Source: Phoronis australis (Eukaryota > Animalia > Phoronida). From it: DNA of 64,000 nt. The notes beneath the pieces were generated by a model, which was not told where the DNA came from, ran no database searches, and worked only from the letters and a program-made list of their open reading frames with translations. The stretch is taken from the NCBI GenBank assembly GCA_002633005.1, contig NMRA01000172.1, positions 486,348 through 550,347 on the forward strand. Reading direction: 5' to 3'. A program made the position numbers and the translations under genes. Positions 11,326-26,300 of the stretch are shown piece by piece; positions within the stretch are counted from its first letter, which is position 1, and each line of letters opens with the position of its first letter.

Positions 11326-14300
11326 TTCGGGATGCCAGCGCTGTGCCTCGTGTCGTCTATCGGTCACGAAGAGAGTGTGAAAAAACTACTTCACGCGGGA
11401 GCTGACGTCAATTGCGTTGTACCCACGGTACTTTGAATTATACATTTTGAAAACTCCTAAATCGGCAAGCATGATTATTGCTTTCTGGAAGTTTGACGGA
11501 TGAGACCAAAGACCACTCACCTCGAACCACAGAATTTCTGTTGTAAGAGAATGAGAAAGTGATTGGTGCGCAAATTGTACATGTAAATAAAACACAGTGA
11601 AATTATAGTGAATCTGCAAAAGTTGTCGTTTATAATGTGCCGCTCAGGTACTGCATCTGGAATGTAGTAACTGACAGAACTAGTAATGGTTGAAATCGCC
11701 AAAATAAGTTTTGCACCATTCTATAAGCGTGTAGGACGATTCAAGAGTCTGTTTCACTATAATGTCGCAACTTTAAGACGTTTTTACACATTATCTAAAA
11801 ACCAAAATTTATGACTGGCCCTAGTTGCATGAAAATTATTCGCTGGATAGCAGCAATGACGTCATTACAACCCGTCTCTTGGGTATTGCTGAACACTGCT
11901 TCTGACGTCATGCAGCAATTCAACTTATCCATCATTACTTCTGAAGCTACATGCAACCTGAGCCCTGTATCGTTAATTGCCATTTAGACATTTGTTAACG
12001 AAACGTCCTAAAGCTTCTAAATTCTATTGAAACATGCATCAGGTCTTCAAGCTGCTGCCCTCAGAGGCCACTCGTATTATTACGATCTTAATGTCTTGCG
12101 TCATAACTTAAAATTAAGGGGGTGCGGATTTTTGAATTTTGATATTTTGTACTTTGTCTTTGGCCTACAAAATTTGTATTTCACGGAATTAGGTTTGCCG
12201 GCACCTCTGGTAACAAAATAAAGTTTACACGGGTCACTAAAAAATCAACTTTTATTTAAAGCAACGATTGAAAATTTTTGACAACGGGTTAAATTCCTTG
12301 TTTTGTGATACTGTTATTTTTAACGGGCTCACTTATATTCCTAGTTTACCGATATTTTGCGTCAGCGAAGGAATAAAAGTATTTTTTCTCGATTCTGACA
12401 CAAACGACTAAAAAAGGTTTCTAAAGATTACGACTATAAAGGTCGTAAGTTTTTTAGGTATACGACTCCCAGATCACCAAATGAAAACCCAAGTCACACT
12501 TAGCGAGTACATTTACATCTAAGGTGGGATTGATCAGTTGCGGCATTTTTACATTTTAGGACAAGAACTCTCCGTTGATTTTGGCGACACAGGGAAGGCA
12601 TATTGAACTTATCAAGCTACTGATTACAGCCGGAGCTAACCTAGCGCATTGCAACAACGTGCGTATGAAGTCATTTCCATGTAGCGGGAGACGTAGAGAA
12701 TTTCATTGGAGATTGACTAGAGCGTGACTCTCAACCATCTCTTTCATTTTGTTGTCATCGGCACTCTTAACAGAAGCGTTGACCGCAGATTCAGAATAGT
12801 TACTTGACATGCTGTAATATCAAGACAATTGCGAAATATCAAGAAGAGATTAATTCAAACACTGAAACTATCAAACTCAAGTTATAAACGTTGCGTCCGT
12901 ATCTCACGGACATCAACTCAGGGGCGAATCCAGAATTTTGAGTTAAGGGGGGGCAGGACAGAGTATTGGCCAGGATTTTGTCTGCCAGACTTTGGCACCC
13001 CCGAACTGCCAAATGGAATCTGGCAGAATTCTAGGTGGGCGATGGCCCCCTTGGCCCCCCTCTAAATCTGCCACTATGTATTGACCTCCAAATGAAGTTC
13101 TGGTGCGGTAGATCAGCGGTGGTTCTGTCCCATCTCAGACCACCATCTTATTGAGAGCTGGTTTCTCCACGCGTTCATGTAGTGTCCCCTTAACCTCTTC
13201 ACTAAAACAGTAGTCTCCCCAATCCGAGATAACGACATCCTTGGTTTCAAAATCGTGTCTTGCTCTGTTGAGATGACTACGTGCAGTCGTATGTGGTCCC
13301 ATAATTGTGACCATGAATTGCTGACACACAATCACGTTCAAGTACTGTTTCGTATCAGCAACATATCTGTCTGAACACTGAGACGCCGTGCGCTACACAC
13401 CATATACTCCATGAGACTTGATCCCCTTCGGAGCTCAATGCAAGCCCAAATTGTCGCAACAACCCAAATTGTCACAACTTCGAATTGCGACAATTTGGGT
13501 CAGCGCTGCCCATGATGAATTCACCAGTTGGGTTTTTCTTGTAATACAAACTGTTTAAATGTCCTCTACTCACACCGAAGAACCGAAATAATAACTGTCA
13601 CCGAGGAGTCCATCAAGAGACCCAAGTCAACTATCTTCAACAGAAAGCATGCCTAACAACATTAGAAATACCAAACCTGGAAAACCCCATCTAGAGCCTT
13701 TCGTCAAGATATGGAATACCTACCGTTATGAAATTTGTCTTACACTCTTCCTTCTATAGTACATGTGATTTCAGTGCCATATACGACAGCGGTATTTAGT
13801 CTAAAGCTGGTAATGTAACTAAGGAGCCATAAAGAGAGAGACCATTTCTGTGCTACGGTAGCACGGTGCATGATATTTCAACTTCCTCACATATGGGACA
13901 GGAACATCGCCGATTATATACAAAATAACTTGATTTTTTGTGAATTTATGTAGAACGCAACCCTGTCAAGAACGACTGTAGATAATGAGCACATTAACCT
14001 GCGGATGTGCTTCGTTTGTTGAAATTTATGTTACACCCGAGTATCCAAGCAGACGTGACGCGACTGAGATGAGTGTACATGTAAAAAATGAATCAATTAC
14101 TGTATTGCATTTATTTCTTCGGTTAAGTAACGTTTCATTGACTGGCGTACGTTAGCATTTTGTTACTTTCTTGATGTTGTTGAGAAAGTGTGATTTCTCG
14201 TTTACAGGAGGGCAACAATGCTTTCATGGTGGCTGTGTCGACTGGAGATGCACATCCCGTCAACCTCCTTTGGCAGTATAGGAGTAACTTTAATATTAAC

Positions 14301-17300
14301 CAAGAGAACGTGGTATGGTACAGTGTGCGCTATTAGACTTGTCAAGCGATATGCACAAACGAAACCCTTCGTTAACATTGTGCACCTGCTGGTGTATATT
14401 ATTCAGCAACACTCATGATATTTTATGTCCTAGTAAACATATAGACTTAATTCACGCCGACAGGAGGCGCGTTTCAAAACGAGGCTTGCTACGATAGCTC
14501 AGTTGACTTATTGGCATAGCTGTATGCTGCGCTGCTTGAACGGCTGTTTTACAATTCCTAAGGACGTTGAGATTCGGAAGCGTTGGGTAGTTGACATACG
14601 CCGCGACGAAGGAAAATATGTGCGTGTAAAATTTTTAAATGTTTTCGAAAAGTTAGATCATATTTTAATTGTCGTATCTCGGTTGCCGAGCATCACGACA
14701 ACGACCGGAGAATTTCCAGCCAGCCAGAAACTACGGATTGAAACATGATGCATTTTTCTTTCAAAGAAGGACAGGGCTCTCAATCCCTCGATTTTGGGGA
14801 CAACCATTTCCCTAATTCCCTCTCAAAAATATTGAAAACAATCATGTGAAATTCCTCCCACGAGGCCTAAAAATTCCCCTAGTGATTGAAAAGTTCTCTC
14901 CGGAGTTCAAATCACCTGTAACCATACAGGTGACAATTTGAAAGAGCACAAAATGCTACTTCAGACAGAGCCTATGAGAGCTTGCAACAGGACGGGGGTG
15001 CTATATGGTGATCGGGAGGTAGATTTCCTCCTCACAAGGCGAAAAAGTTCCCCTCTCAGAAGTCACAGACACTTTTTCATCTCATTTCGATGACCGAGGC
15101 CCATGAAGAAACATAATAACCATGCTTGCTCTGTCCAGTTATCTGAAATTGAGTCACTAAAACGAGGTTATGCTTTAGATGAACGATTTAGGTGCTTTAA
15201 TTTTAAAATTCAACTTCGCCCAGATTGATATTTGAAACCTAACACATGAAATAGACGTTCATGTAAGAATTATTAAAACCAAGAAAGCAGAATCGATGAT
15301 CAAATAATTTTTATTTTCAATTACGAGCCTGGTTTTTTGTTTTGATAAAAATATATTTAATAACATCAATTATTCTTTCAGGTCAATGACAAATCAACTG
15401 TTAGTCCCGGTAGTCCCCACCTCACCAGGCCCTAGGCTGTAGTTGATGTTAATATTCTTTATCAACAAATTAAACCAAATGTGTCTAATCGCACATGAAA
15501 GCAAAATGCGATGAGCCACCACTGTCGAATAGTCAAATCGTCAACAATACGAGCAGATGACTTGGTTCGCGTAGAAAGCATTTTTATCAACAAATTTACA
15601 AGAAAAAGCTTAACCCTGCATTCAGCATGATACCTAATCCGTAACATTGCGATCACCTCAATTTGGTCATGTTTACTTTTCATGCTTCGAACCTTGTTTT
15701 CCGAAAAAACTTATACCCTTTCGTCAGACAATTCTTTGGTACATTGACTTGTTCTCTATTTTTCTACGTCTCTGCGGTTAATTATCGACACATTTTAAAG
15801 ATTTAATACCAAGCTTGAACTCGAAAGACCGGCCATTTAACTCACGCAATGTCAACTTCTGCTTTGTTTATCGTAGTAAGCCTCGCTTTGGATTTTAATG
15901 TCCGCCGAGTGAATTAGGTCTATAGTGTGCCATCATTATCAAGACTACTTTAACGTTCACAAATGCAGGCCTGGCGTGCGTTCAGTAGCGCTTGGACCTA
16001 AGCTAGTACCCAAGCTAAAACCTAGCCAAAGTCACGTGCTTTCATTTGAAATACACGGCAATATCTCACGTAATCTCGCGAAGTCTTACTTTTTAGCGAG
16101 ATTCTAGCGTTACTGGCTATCCAGAGAATACTAGACTCATTTCCGCAATGGTACTTTTCCTCTCAAATGGCTGGTATTTTTATAGCTTTATGTTCCTCCT
16201 ATTCACATGTGCGGATTTCAGTCACTGGCAGGTCATTTTCAACCTGGAGAATAATTGGTCGTATGACTTTTGTTCGCACATACAAAGAACGTTCACCTCC
16301 GAGGGTAATTTGAGGCAAGAGAAATACCCGAATTGTTCCGAATGGCTACAGTATTTTTTCCATGTCTGGCTCATCCCGAACCTTCTATGGCGTTTTCGTT
16401 ACTTCAAATTATCGAGGAGACGCTGTGAATTGAGTTCCAGACTCCCCGTTTGGGAGACCGGGGTTTGAATCCTGGCTTTACTGGCTGACAGTCGAGCATT
16501 GCACAGGGGGGTTTCCTAATCCTCTGAGCCCACTCTTACTATTGAATGTATGCAAGGGAAAGCATGAGAACCTGGATATAATGGCAACGCGATTTTTGGG
16601 ATTGTGTTAATATTAAATTTATCAAGCCTCGGAAATGTTACATATTTGTGCATGTGCGAACCAAAACTAGAGAAAAGATTTGGTCAAAATAAAAATCACG
16701 CCAAACCACCTAGGTTTGAAAAGAAATGTGCGACGTCATTCTCATTCCGTTGTCCACCTGCTGATGTAGTCTAATCTTATTTCACGTTTTGTACTTTTAT
16801 AACAGAGATGTTTCGGAGCATTTTTTTCATTTTGACAATCGCATGAGTGCTGTCACTCTGATTGAAGCTCTCACATGTGGAGATAGGGAATATTACCGTG
16901 GGATAATCGGAGGCTACGAAAATACCCGATGTATTCGAGATGGGTCTGGCAAGATCAACAAGTCTCATGCACATTACAAGCTAGCTTGGCAGTCAGAAGT
17001 GTAGTTCGTCACGGAACTGACCGTTTGGCCCTCTGCGTTTCATCTTTACAGAAAGGCTATACGGCTATTCATCTGGCAGCTGAGCGACAATGGGAGAGTT
17101 GCGTGAACATGCTGATATGTGGTGGAGCTGATAAACAGTGGCAAACATACGTAGGTACCATCGCCGACCTCACTCTACAATTCATAATATCCACTCAGTT
17201 CGAGTAAATATCCAATTTAAGTTGACTAAATACTAGACTCGGAAAAGCATCTACTTGCAATAAATGATGTAATCCGAGTAGCCGTCCGTAGACCATGTTT

Positions 17301-20300
17301 TTGCGGGTAAATGAAGACCTGTGAAAAGGCCGCGTTTCGTGAGTATGCTCGGCTGCTTACTAGCCTATCCTAGCAAAATTTTAGCCACTGATGTGCTTTG
17401 TTGGTCAGGTTAAAACGTCGAATTACGGTGTTGAATTCATTAACCGAGGGATATAATTCACTGTTTCCCTTCCACGAGCGAAGAGTTTTTGTCGCACGTG
17501 CAAACTAACTATTGTGCCTATGGAACTCATCTCCACTGAGCTGCAGTGAAAATGGTTTCGACTAGAAATAGCTGGTGAAAGGGTTTGAGTTCAGAGAAAA
17601 ACTTTAAGAGCCAGCCATCCTAGATATTCCCCAGTTCAATGTGTAGAAAAAACAACCTTTTCAAGCCTAAACGTTATACCAAAGTGTAACTTCAAAGGGT
17701 GATCATCGAACATGAACATCCAATTTGCTATGCCTTTTACATTATTTGGCCCCGCTACATGAATCAGGGACAGACTTTGACAGAAAACTTGGTGGTACAG
17801 TAAAAGCATGCTAATAATTAAGTACAAATACTCTGTCGCATATCCAAATTTTTTTGTATGAAGATGTACCCGTATCGTTGTAGGACGGATCCACTGCATT
17901 AATTATAGCAACCAAAAAAGGTGACAAAAAGACAGTGGAGCGCCTCCTGGCGGCGTCTGCAAGTGTTGACATAGAGGATAACGTAAGTGTCTTTGTATAA
18001 CAGAACGTATTTCATCACACATGTACGTGGGTAAACGCACAAACGATGATTTCTTTTCCAATTATGATAAGATTATGTTGTGTTAATTATTGCAAAAATG
18101 TATTTCAGGAGAGTGCAACCGCTCTGTGTTATGCCATAAGAGATAAAAAGTGCGACCTTGTCGATTTGTTGATGAAAAAATTATTTTTCTCCAAAGACGA
18201 CAAGGAAAGTTACGTGAGAGTAAGTGTCGTTGCTTTATTTTTATTTTTCAGTCCGTTTTAGATTTAATAACATTACACTGTTTTTAGTCAATGTGGAGCG
18301 TGTTTGTTCAATAAATTAGTAAACAATAACCTTGCATATTTGACAGAGACGCATTGACCTCTTGAGGACGAAGACAGTGTCCAACGGCACAATCAGTAAA
18401 GAAGATTTCTTCGATTCCATACTTATCCCCGTTATTCAAGAGCTGTGCAAACATCAAGAATGTCGAGATATCCTGTTTCGGATACGTGCTATGTTCCAGC
18501 TGATACCGTTCCTAGACACGTATCTCACCAACGAAGAGGTTGCGCAAAAGACCTTCATCACCTTATGCATGTTGATGTACGTGTACTCGAGCACGCCCGA
18601 TTCCAGATTTGTAGACCAGTTTGTCAGTGCCAAAGGACACGAACTAGTCCTAAAAAGTCTTTATTTCTACGACGCCAGCAACAGTTACGATCCCAAGATA
18701 ATTTTCACTGCCTTTATGCCAATCATCAGCATCTATGCTACACTAGAAGGTCGAGAATGGCTGAAGAAGAATTATTACAAGCTGTCCCAATACTCCACGA
18801 TTTTCGAAGCCGGGTGTGACATCTCATCCTTTCTGGACTGTTGCCGCGGTAAATTCATGGGAACATGGCAGAGATTTAAGTGGCACTTCACCAAAACTTC
18901 GCAAGAACAGGCTGAGCTTGTCTGTGCAGAGTTATTAGAGAATGAAGAAAGGGAAAAGGCAAGGGAGCGCGCGAAAAAAGAAAAACGGCGGGAAAAGAGA
19001 AAGAATCGAAAAATTCAACAACGTGCAGAGCGTGAATATGCTGAAAAACTTGTAGACGGAGATGATTCATTGTTCGATGACGTCAACAATTCTCCCGATT
19101 CTCAAAATTGTAGTTACACGCCGAAAGGAAGCGTCATAGCAGACTTTCTCAGTGGCGTTCAGCAGAAAGTGAAAGGTCTGCTAGGGAAAATACCAGCGTC
19201 TCCACCGCGTGATCAGAGGGAGAATGTAGACGACATACAGAAGGTTCAAGAACAGCATGCAAAGAAGAAACGAAGGAAGAAGAACAAACCGAAGAGAAGC
19301 GAAGAGGATGAAGTTTTGTTGAACCACTGTGCAATAAATCCTGTATTCGACAGGATACAGTATTCGCCAAAGGTGATAAAGTCACGTACAACTAAAGTAC
19401 CAAACCTTCCCCGAGTAGAAGACATTATAGAGCCTTGTGAAAATGTTAGTGGTGATGCGCCTGAGGTACTAGGGGCTATGGCTACGCCGGAGAGGGTTGG
19501 TATCAATTGTAGCAAATTGAGCTTGCCTTGCCTTGTGGCCGGACCAGAACATAAGGTCACGAAAGATTTACTTGAATGTAATCTCACAAACAGCGGTCTT
19601 GTGCCGTTAGACACGTCGTCACCAGTGAAGTCGTACGAACAATATGGTTCAGTAAATATGAACGAAAACGCAAGAGGATACCGTAGCCAGGCTCCTCCCA
19701 GAGTTAACATATCGCTAGATGACGTAACGGAAGATAGTATGGCTGGACTGTCGCCCATAGGAACACCCAGGGAGGTAGACACAAACGGCAGTCTAACCAG
19801 CAGCTCTATAACTCCTGAGAAGTACGGCATGAGTCCTCGACCAAAACATGGCAAACATATCGTTCGTTTTAAGGAAATGAAATGCGATGGTCCACCATCT
19901 TCCTACGCGTTTTGTGCAGTAGGCGAGTCTCGTGTGGGCAGTATGTCACCCAGAGGTCGAACAGCTACTTGGGCAGAAATAACGAAGAAAGATGCTGTCA
20001 AAACTAGACCATGGAGTGCAACAAATATTAGGTATGGCTCACATGCTTCAAAACTTTCACAACCTGTATTCTTCCAACCAAACGACAATTTTCCTAGATC
20101 AAAGAAGTCAAAAAGACCGCCGCGATTAAGGCCTTCCCAAGACACGAAGTTAGACATTATTTCTCCTACGAAAGACAGTCGAATCGTTAAGTCAACAAAT
20201 GCCGTCGAAGGAAAACCAGCCATTCAAAAAGTGAACCTGCGTGACATGAAGATACCACTTTCTAGTTTCATACCAGATCTTTCGAGACTTAACAATGAGA

Positions 20301-23300
20301 CAGGTGCAGGTGCTGTTGAAGATCGAGCTACAGAAACTGACAACGAACGAAGAAAAGATCGAGAGAATAAGTCATACGAACAGCAACGTGAAAAGTCGGT
20401 AGAAGTGAGTTGCTATCGCATGAAACGAGATGCGCAGAATACTACAATCGAACATGTAGTCGACGTTGACGCAATGGCAGAGGACCCAGACTATGTCCGC
20501 ATGCAGATGGAGGCACTGGATAACTTCAGCAAAGATTATAAAAACCTTAACTTCGTTCAAGATGTTAGCGGCTGGCTGTCGGAAACGTCTGACGGTGACG
20601 TCAGCAGCGAGAATGGTGTAGAGAAGAAAGAAGGCAGCGTTTCTTCAGACGCAGACATGGAAGTTCAACGGATACTTCAGGAAGACGTCATCGTGCACGA
20701 AAATAACCCCATTATCTCACCAGTGACTAAGAGTTACCATAATAAATGCACTGCTCCTCCCGTTTGCTTCTATGATTTTGGCATAAAGACATCTCACGAA
20801 TTTTACGAGTCGGTTACCGGTGACAGAAAGCTTTTCCGCGACACAAATCTTCTCACTGACATTCGGGTGGAAAACATTCCTGTGGCACCAGACGTGGAAT
20901 TTGCTCGGTTGACACCAGATCCTGATGATGGGTTTTCCAATTTGGATAACACGGAGTACATATACTATCCCGGAATGGATCACAAAATGCTGCAGATTAG
21001 AGGACTCTTCCAGAATACGGCCAACAATCGCTTTCACAAACTGATACAAATGCAGTTTGAAGCTGCTAACGAGCGCAAAGTTATTGGCGAGATGTCATCG
21101 ATGGGCAGGTTCTACCAGTCGCGCTTCAGTCCTAAACAATTTGTTCCACCTCCTGCGGGAAGTCTTTGGTCCAACTGTGGTAATCGGCAGGTGGCAGTAG
21201 GTGTCCCAGCGAGCAACGCAGTGGATTGTCGCGACAATGACTCGTCCATAACGTGGGTTCCTAAAAGTCAGCGTTGGAGATCAATCTTCAAGGAGTTGAC
21301 GGCTCTGTCGATTGAAACACACACTAAAGTTGGTCCCATATTGTTTCACGCCCACAATCAACGCTTCGGTCTAACCAGCAGGTATCGCCAGTAAGAATGA
21401 TTACCTTATCTAGATTTGAAAGTACCACGAACCTGATATGAGTTGAGTTTCGTAGACGTAAGAATCTTGCGAAGAAAGCAAGTGTAATCACGTGCTTTGC
21501 TTGTGGTACGTGACAAAATCTCACGATGTTTTGCACGATATATTGCGTTTTCACGAGGTTCTTGTGACTACGGAACGCACGCTTAACCTATGTCAAACAC
21601 TGCTTTTTGATTTACACCACTTACCATTGTATAATTGCCCCTTACTCAAAGTAAAAATGAATTGTAGTTCGCCATTACTCAAGTCCAACTTAAAAAAGCA
21701 TAGTTTGCACCCCATTTTACCATAGAGGTCTCTGCTAACAGTCTAAGCGTGTGCATTACCGTAACAGTACCACGGAGCTTTCGTTGAGATCTCAGTCGTA
21801 GACAACCCTAAGTCATTCAGATCAACCAAATATGTATTGAGCGAATGGCGGAGATCGGAAACAAGCAAGGAACTGCGTCACTAATTACCCAATGAGTGAT
21901 CGTAAACTCCGAGTGCTTTTAACAGACCCAAAGAAGAATTACCTCAGAGAGCTCAGTAACAATAAAATAAATTAAAGTTGAACTTGTAGGTTTGTTCCTT
22001 TTCTGTGGTTGCTTGCCAAAGTAGTTAGAAGCACATCTTGTAGCGACGATGTGAATATGAAGAAGGCTGGAAATTATCGAATGTTTATAAAAACGGGTTA
22101 TGTGGCGAAATTGATCCACTGAAACTAATTGAAGCGTGTCCAGTTAATATTTCACGTGGTGCTGGGGATTAACACTGCGCACATAGCCCACGAGGTACGT
22201 CATTGATGCAAAAGGTCACCTGTTTTCATATTTTTGTTTCATTTCACATTTACAAATTGTCAGTGAATACAACTGCACTTTCTTTAGAGTAGATTATGTT
22301 AAAATAGCATTGTCGTTTAGTTCTTGTTATGCATTAGCACAGTTAGGAGCATGCAAATACATCTTTAAATATAATTTGCGCTCTTACCGAAAGAGGCCTC
22401 GGGAGATTATCGAGAATAGAGTTTAATACGGTGTCTTGACCTTGAGAGTCATTTATGAGCCGAGCACGAATTGAAACGAGCTATCAATTCTTGCCGAGCC
22501 CTACATGTACAATCGCTTCCAACCTAAGTATGGGACGAATGAGACCGTTGCATAACCGAAAAAGGTGTTGATCATCAATTATTTGGTAGCTTTTGACAGT
22601 AGCTAAGTGTGTTCGTGGAAGCTCAAATAATACGAATCTTCAGTTACTGTTGAATCCGTCCGTTTTCACATACACTTTGAATGCTTAACATCTCATTATT
22701 TCTCTACTTTTCATCTGAAGCAATCACCGTGTTCTCGTCGGATGAGTCATGTTAAAAGCTTGTTATCTGTTGCTCTGACTGATATTTTTCATGTCAGCCA
22801 AATTATGTCTTTCGAAATTCTTGTCTTTCCAGCAACCATTCCTCAGCTTCCTCTTATCTCGGTATATTGGAGGACGGTACAGAAATCTCAGTGCGGCGCA
22901 TGAGTCTGGATGACTACGCTCATTTAAAGAAAAACTTACCTACCATGCTCTATCCAGCAGTCAGACACGAGTCGTTGGCCAAGTTTCTGGTATATATATT
23001 TACTCTTGATGCTGTTCCAGAAGTTAAACACTGTAGTTTTTTGTGGACCTAGATTCAGACTATGGCTAAAAGTACATGAGAACACGAAATATCAACAATC
23101 GACTAATGTGTCCAGGAAAAGGCTCAAAAACCTTTTTACTTTGCGAATAACATTTTTAAAGTGAAGCACCTTTCCGAAACGATAAAATGTAGGCCAAAAC
23201 AGCATAGTTAGTTATGGTCTTGTGTTTTCTTTGTTAAAAAATTGCACAAAAGCACGCCAGCAAGAGTAAGCAAGGCTTGAAACACCACGGTTTGCCAAGC

Positions 23301-26300
23301 GAGTAAAAGCAAATCATTTTGGTAGTCTAGGGTGGCTTTTCTTTTCTGAAAAATGAAGCAACAAAAGAAAAACCGACATACGGACTCAATTTTCAAAAAC
23401 TAAATACGGGTCAGAGCCTACTGTGTTGTTGGCCTTATTACTACTATATCTGTTATTTTTGCTCGAGAACGTCTCATTGATCGAAATGCTCTATGTGTCA
23501 TTTCGATGTTTCAGAGTTTGAGACACCCACCCTTGCCTTAATTACATGAACAATTAATGTTTTAGTTTACAATTGGCAGAAGCAATGTTGGTCGAATAAT
23601 AGTGGCACGGCAGATAATTACAAAAATCACAAGAATCATTCACGTTGTCATGCAACCAACAAAATTGGTCTGTGATTCCACAAAAATGGTGCACCTGGTC
23701 CAGCCATGCAGCTCAAGCACACCCGGTGTACTGCAAAAGACACTAGGCCACCTTACTGCCTACTTTGCTCTAAATGCACATTCAAAATATAGGCCATTTC
23801 CGGTAGCAATCTGGCGTGTTCTTACACAGTTTGGTTGATACAAAAGTACATTAATTTTGTATGCATAATCCTCAATTCTAAGTGTCACACAATATTCTGC
23901 ACCTTGATAGCATGTTTTTCAAATTTTACAAAAGGCATTTAGATACTGAGGACAGTAGTGCACAATGAAGCTTGAGTGTTTCTGACTACATCTGGCACCA
24001 TTAATTGAGTAAAATGGACTGCTGTGTTCAAGCTCCGCCGGTATCATAAAAGCGGCTGAAGATATCAATGAATTACACGACTGTTATGTAACTGCTGTGC
24101 TAGCTTCAGGGAAGGTGCTGCTACTTTGGGACATGCAAAGAAATGGGAGATGTCTCTCAGTCAGAATCTATATTGTGATGTCGGTGTTTGGAAAGACCAT
24201 AAGAAGGAAGCTGCATGAGAATGGGTTAGGCAGAGCAAGCACTGCTATTTTATAACGGCCAAGCACACAGCAGGAGTTGCTCAGAGGTCTGTCCACCACT
24301 GCCAGCATGGGCGATTAGATCGAATTCCAACTTCTACGGCGACTACTATAACATCTTTCCTAGGAACAAGCATTCCTTTGTTCCGACACCCTGGTCAGTA
24401 GAATGAGGACATGAACAATGCCAGTTGACAGGCAACAACACGAAGACAGTTCAAAGCGTCCCGCCTCTTTTACGAATGTCAGACCTGTACACTTCTATGA
24501 AGAAAGTCCACTTGCGCTTCAACTCCTGAACTTTTCCTGGTTTAAAATATTTCCAACAAATGTGCACATATACACAAGTATTGAAAACGCCACACTTACA
24601 AGTAAGCCTGGACGTCTGTAATTTTTCAGCATGCAACAGAAGACGATCATTATGGATACCTGGCTATCGAACTGTGTGAATACAATCTCGAAGAGTACAT
24701 ACAACACATGAGGTCGCGTAACGAGTACGATTTCCGGATTGCGAAGCGACTGGTGTGGCAGTTCTTGAAAGCTTTACAGTACTTGCATGAAACTTGCCTC
24801 GTAGCTCAAAGAAATTTAAAGGTAAGCATGTCAAGAAGGCCAGGACAGCCACTCTGCACGATTTTATTTGAAACCACTATGGCGTTTACAAGCCTCATAA
24901 GCAAGTGTTTTCTTACGTGAGCTGTATGTTGTTTGCTTCAATATGCTTACTTATTAAGTTAATATTGGACTGCACTATCTAGCCTCAGAACATACTACTC
25001 GACACTCTGAACAAGGTGCGACTGACCGACTACAACATTAGCCGCATGACGGAGAGCGGGCAGACGATTCTTTACGACAAGGGTGTGGGTGAGTCTATCT
25101 TAGATATTACACGAAGAAATAGTTTGAATTATTGGAACTAAATCAAGACTCGGTTGTTAATTATTGTCAAAGCCTTGAAGGATTCTTGGCCTTGATACTC
25201 CTTAATAATTGTAGAGAATGTCGTGCACGAATCGGCTTCCAGTCCTCATAGCTTTTGAAACAAAATATAGGCGTCAGAAAATTTTTGTCAGAAATCGCGA
25301 ATGCTGAAAAGTGTGCTATCATTAACAAAAATTTTGCACTCAGATAAATTTGATTGACCACAAATAACTGTCAAACAATTTTTACAATATAATTTTGACC
25401 TTTTCCGGCAAGTACAAATACTATTCAAACTCATGACGCGTTCAGATGTCAAGTTTAAAAAAAGATCGATACGTCGTCTGACCATAAAGCCGATCAGATG
25501 CTCACAATTACAGTTCAGAAATGTCTCGTATGCGGCGAGTAATTAGCGTAACATCATGTACAAAATGGCAATTACTTGAGCGCCACCATGGTTGAACAGA
25601 AACTAGCCGCTAATCTGGTCAAAGGGATGTACGGCTCTCACGGTAAGGCAGTAAATCAGGTTGGACGATTAGAAGGCAGCTCAGCCATCTGACGCGTTCA
25701 CATGTGATTTTTTTCAGACGACAGATAAATCTCTGATACGGTTTGTTGCATGCTGCTGCCTGACCGGACGGCATGTGAAAGCCTTGTACGTGTACGTAGA
25801 TGACCAGTACAAACATAAATAAAAACCTTTGATTCGTTTGATCTCAAGTTGGTTGCAGTTGACCTGTTGAACGCGATCTCATTCACAAAACTCATCGATT
25901 TCATGACAGGCTGTAATTGCTGGCGACCAAAAGAGTGCGTGACAAGTGGCCAAGCTTGGACGGGGACGGCATCCGTAGTAAACTACACGACAAAGTCAGA
26001 TATCCAGGTAACGGACTTAACTCATGAAAGTAAATCAGACATACATGTAAAGAGCTTACATACATGTACAACTCGAGAACAACTCTACGTCGAGAAACAA
26101 CCAAAAATTAATACGATGTTATATCAGGCACTGATACATTCCCCATTAAATCCACGAGAAAGGGAAAATAAGTGGTTCCAACAAAACCAGGCAGTTGTGC
26201 TTTACTAACCTGGGATGATGTTTGACGGAGTGATGCCCGTGAACGCAAATAATTCAATTTGGAATGAAATAAGTACCCTCCATTACTGCGATAAGACGCC

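Noticed and set aside
16415-16480. Possible tRNA gene (B-box-like GGTTTGAATCC)
   Set aside because: No cloverleaf can be built. At most a decayed SINE head.
19149-21049. Antisense ORFs (202 aa, 106 aa, 110 aa) inside the large exon
   Set aside because: Shadow ORFs of a long coding exon, with no recognisable motifs.
18362-21394. 1010-aa ORF as a standalone intronless or viral gene
   Set aside because: It has an acceptor at 18346 and a donor at 21382 that join in phase with the flanking ankyrin and kinase exons.
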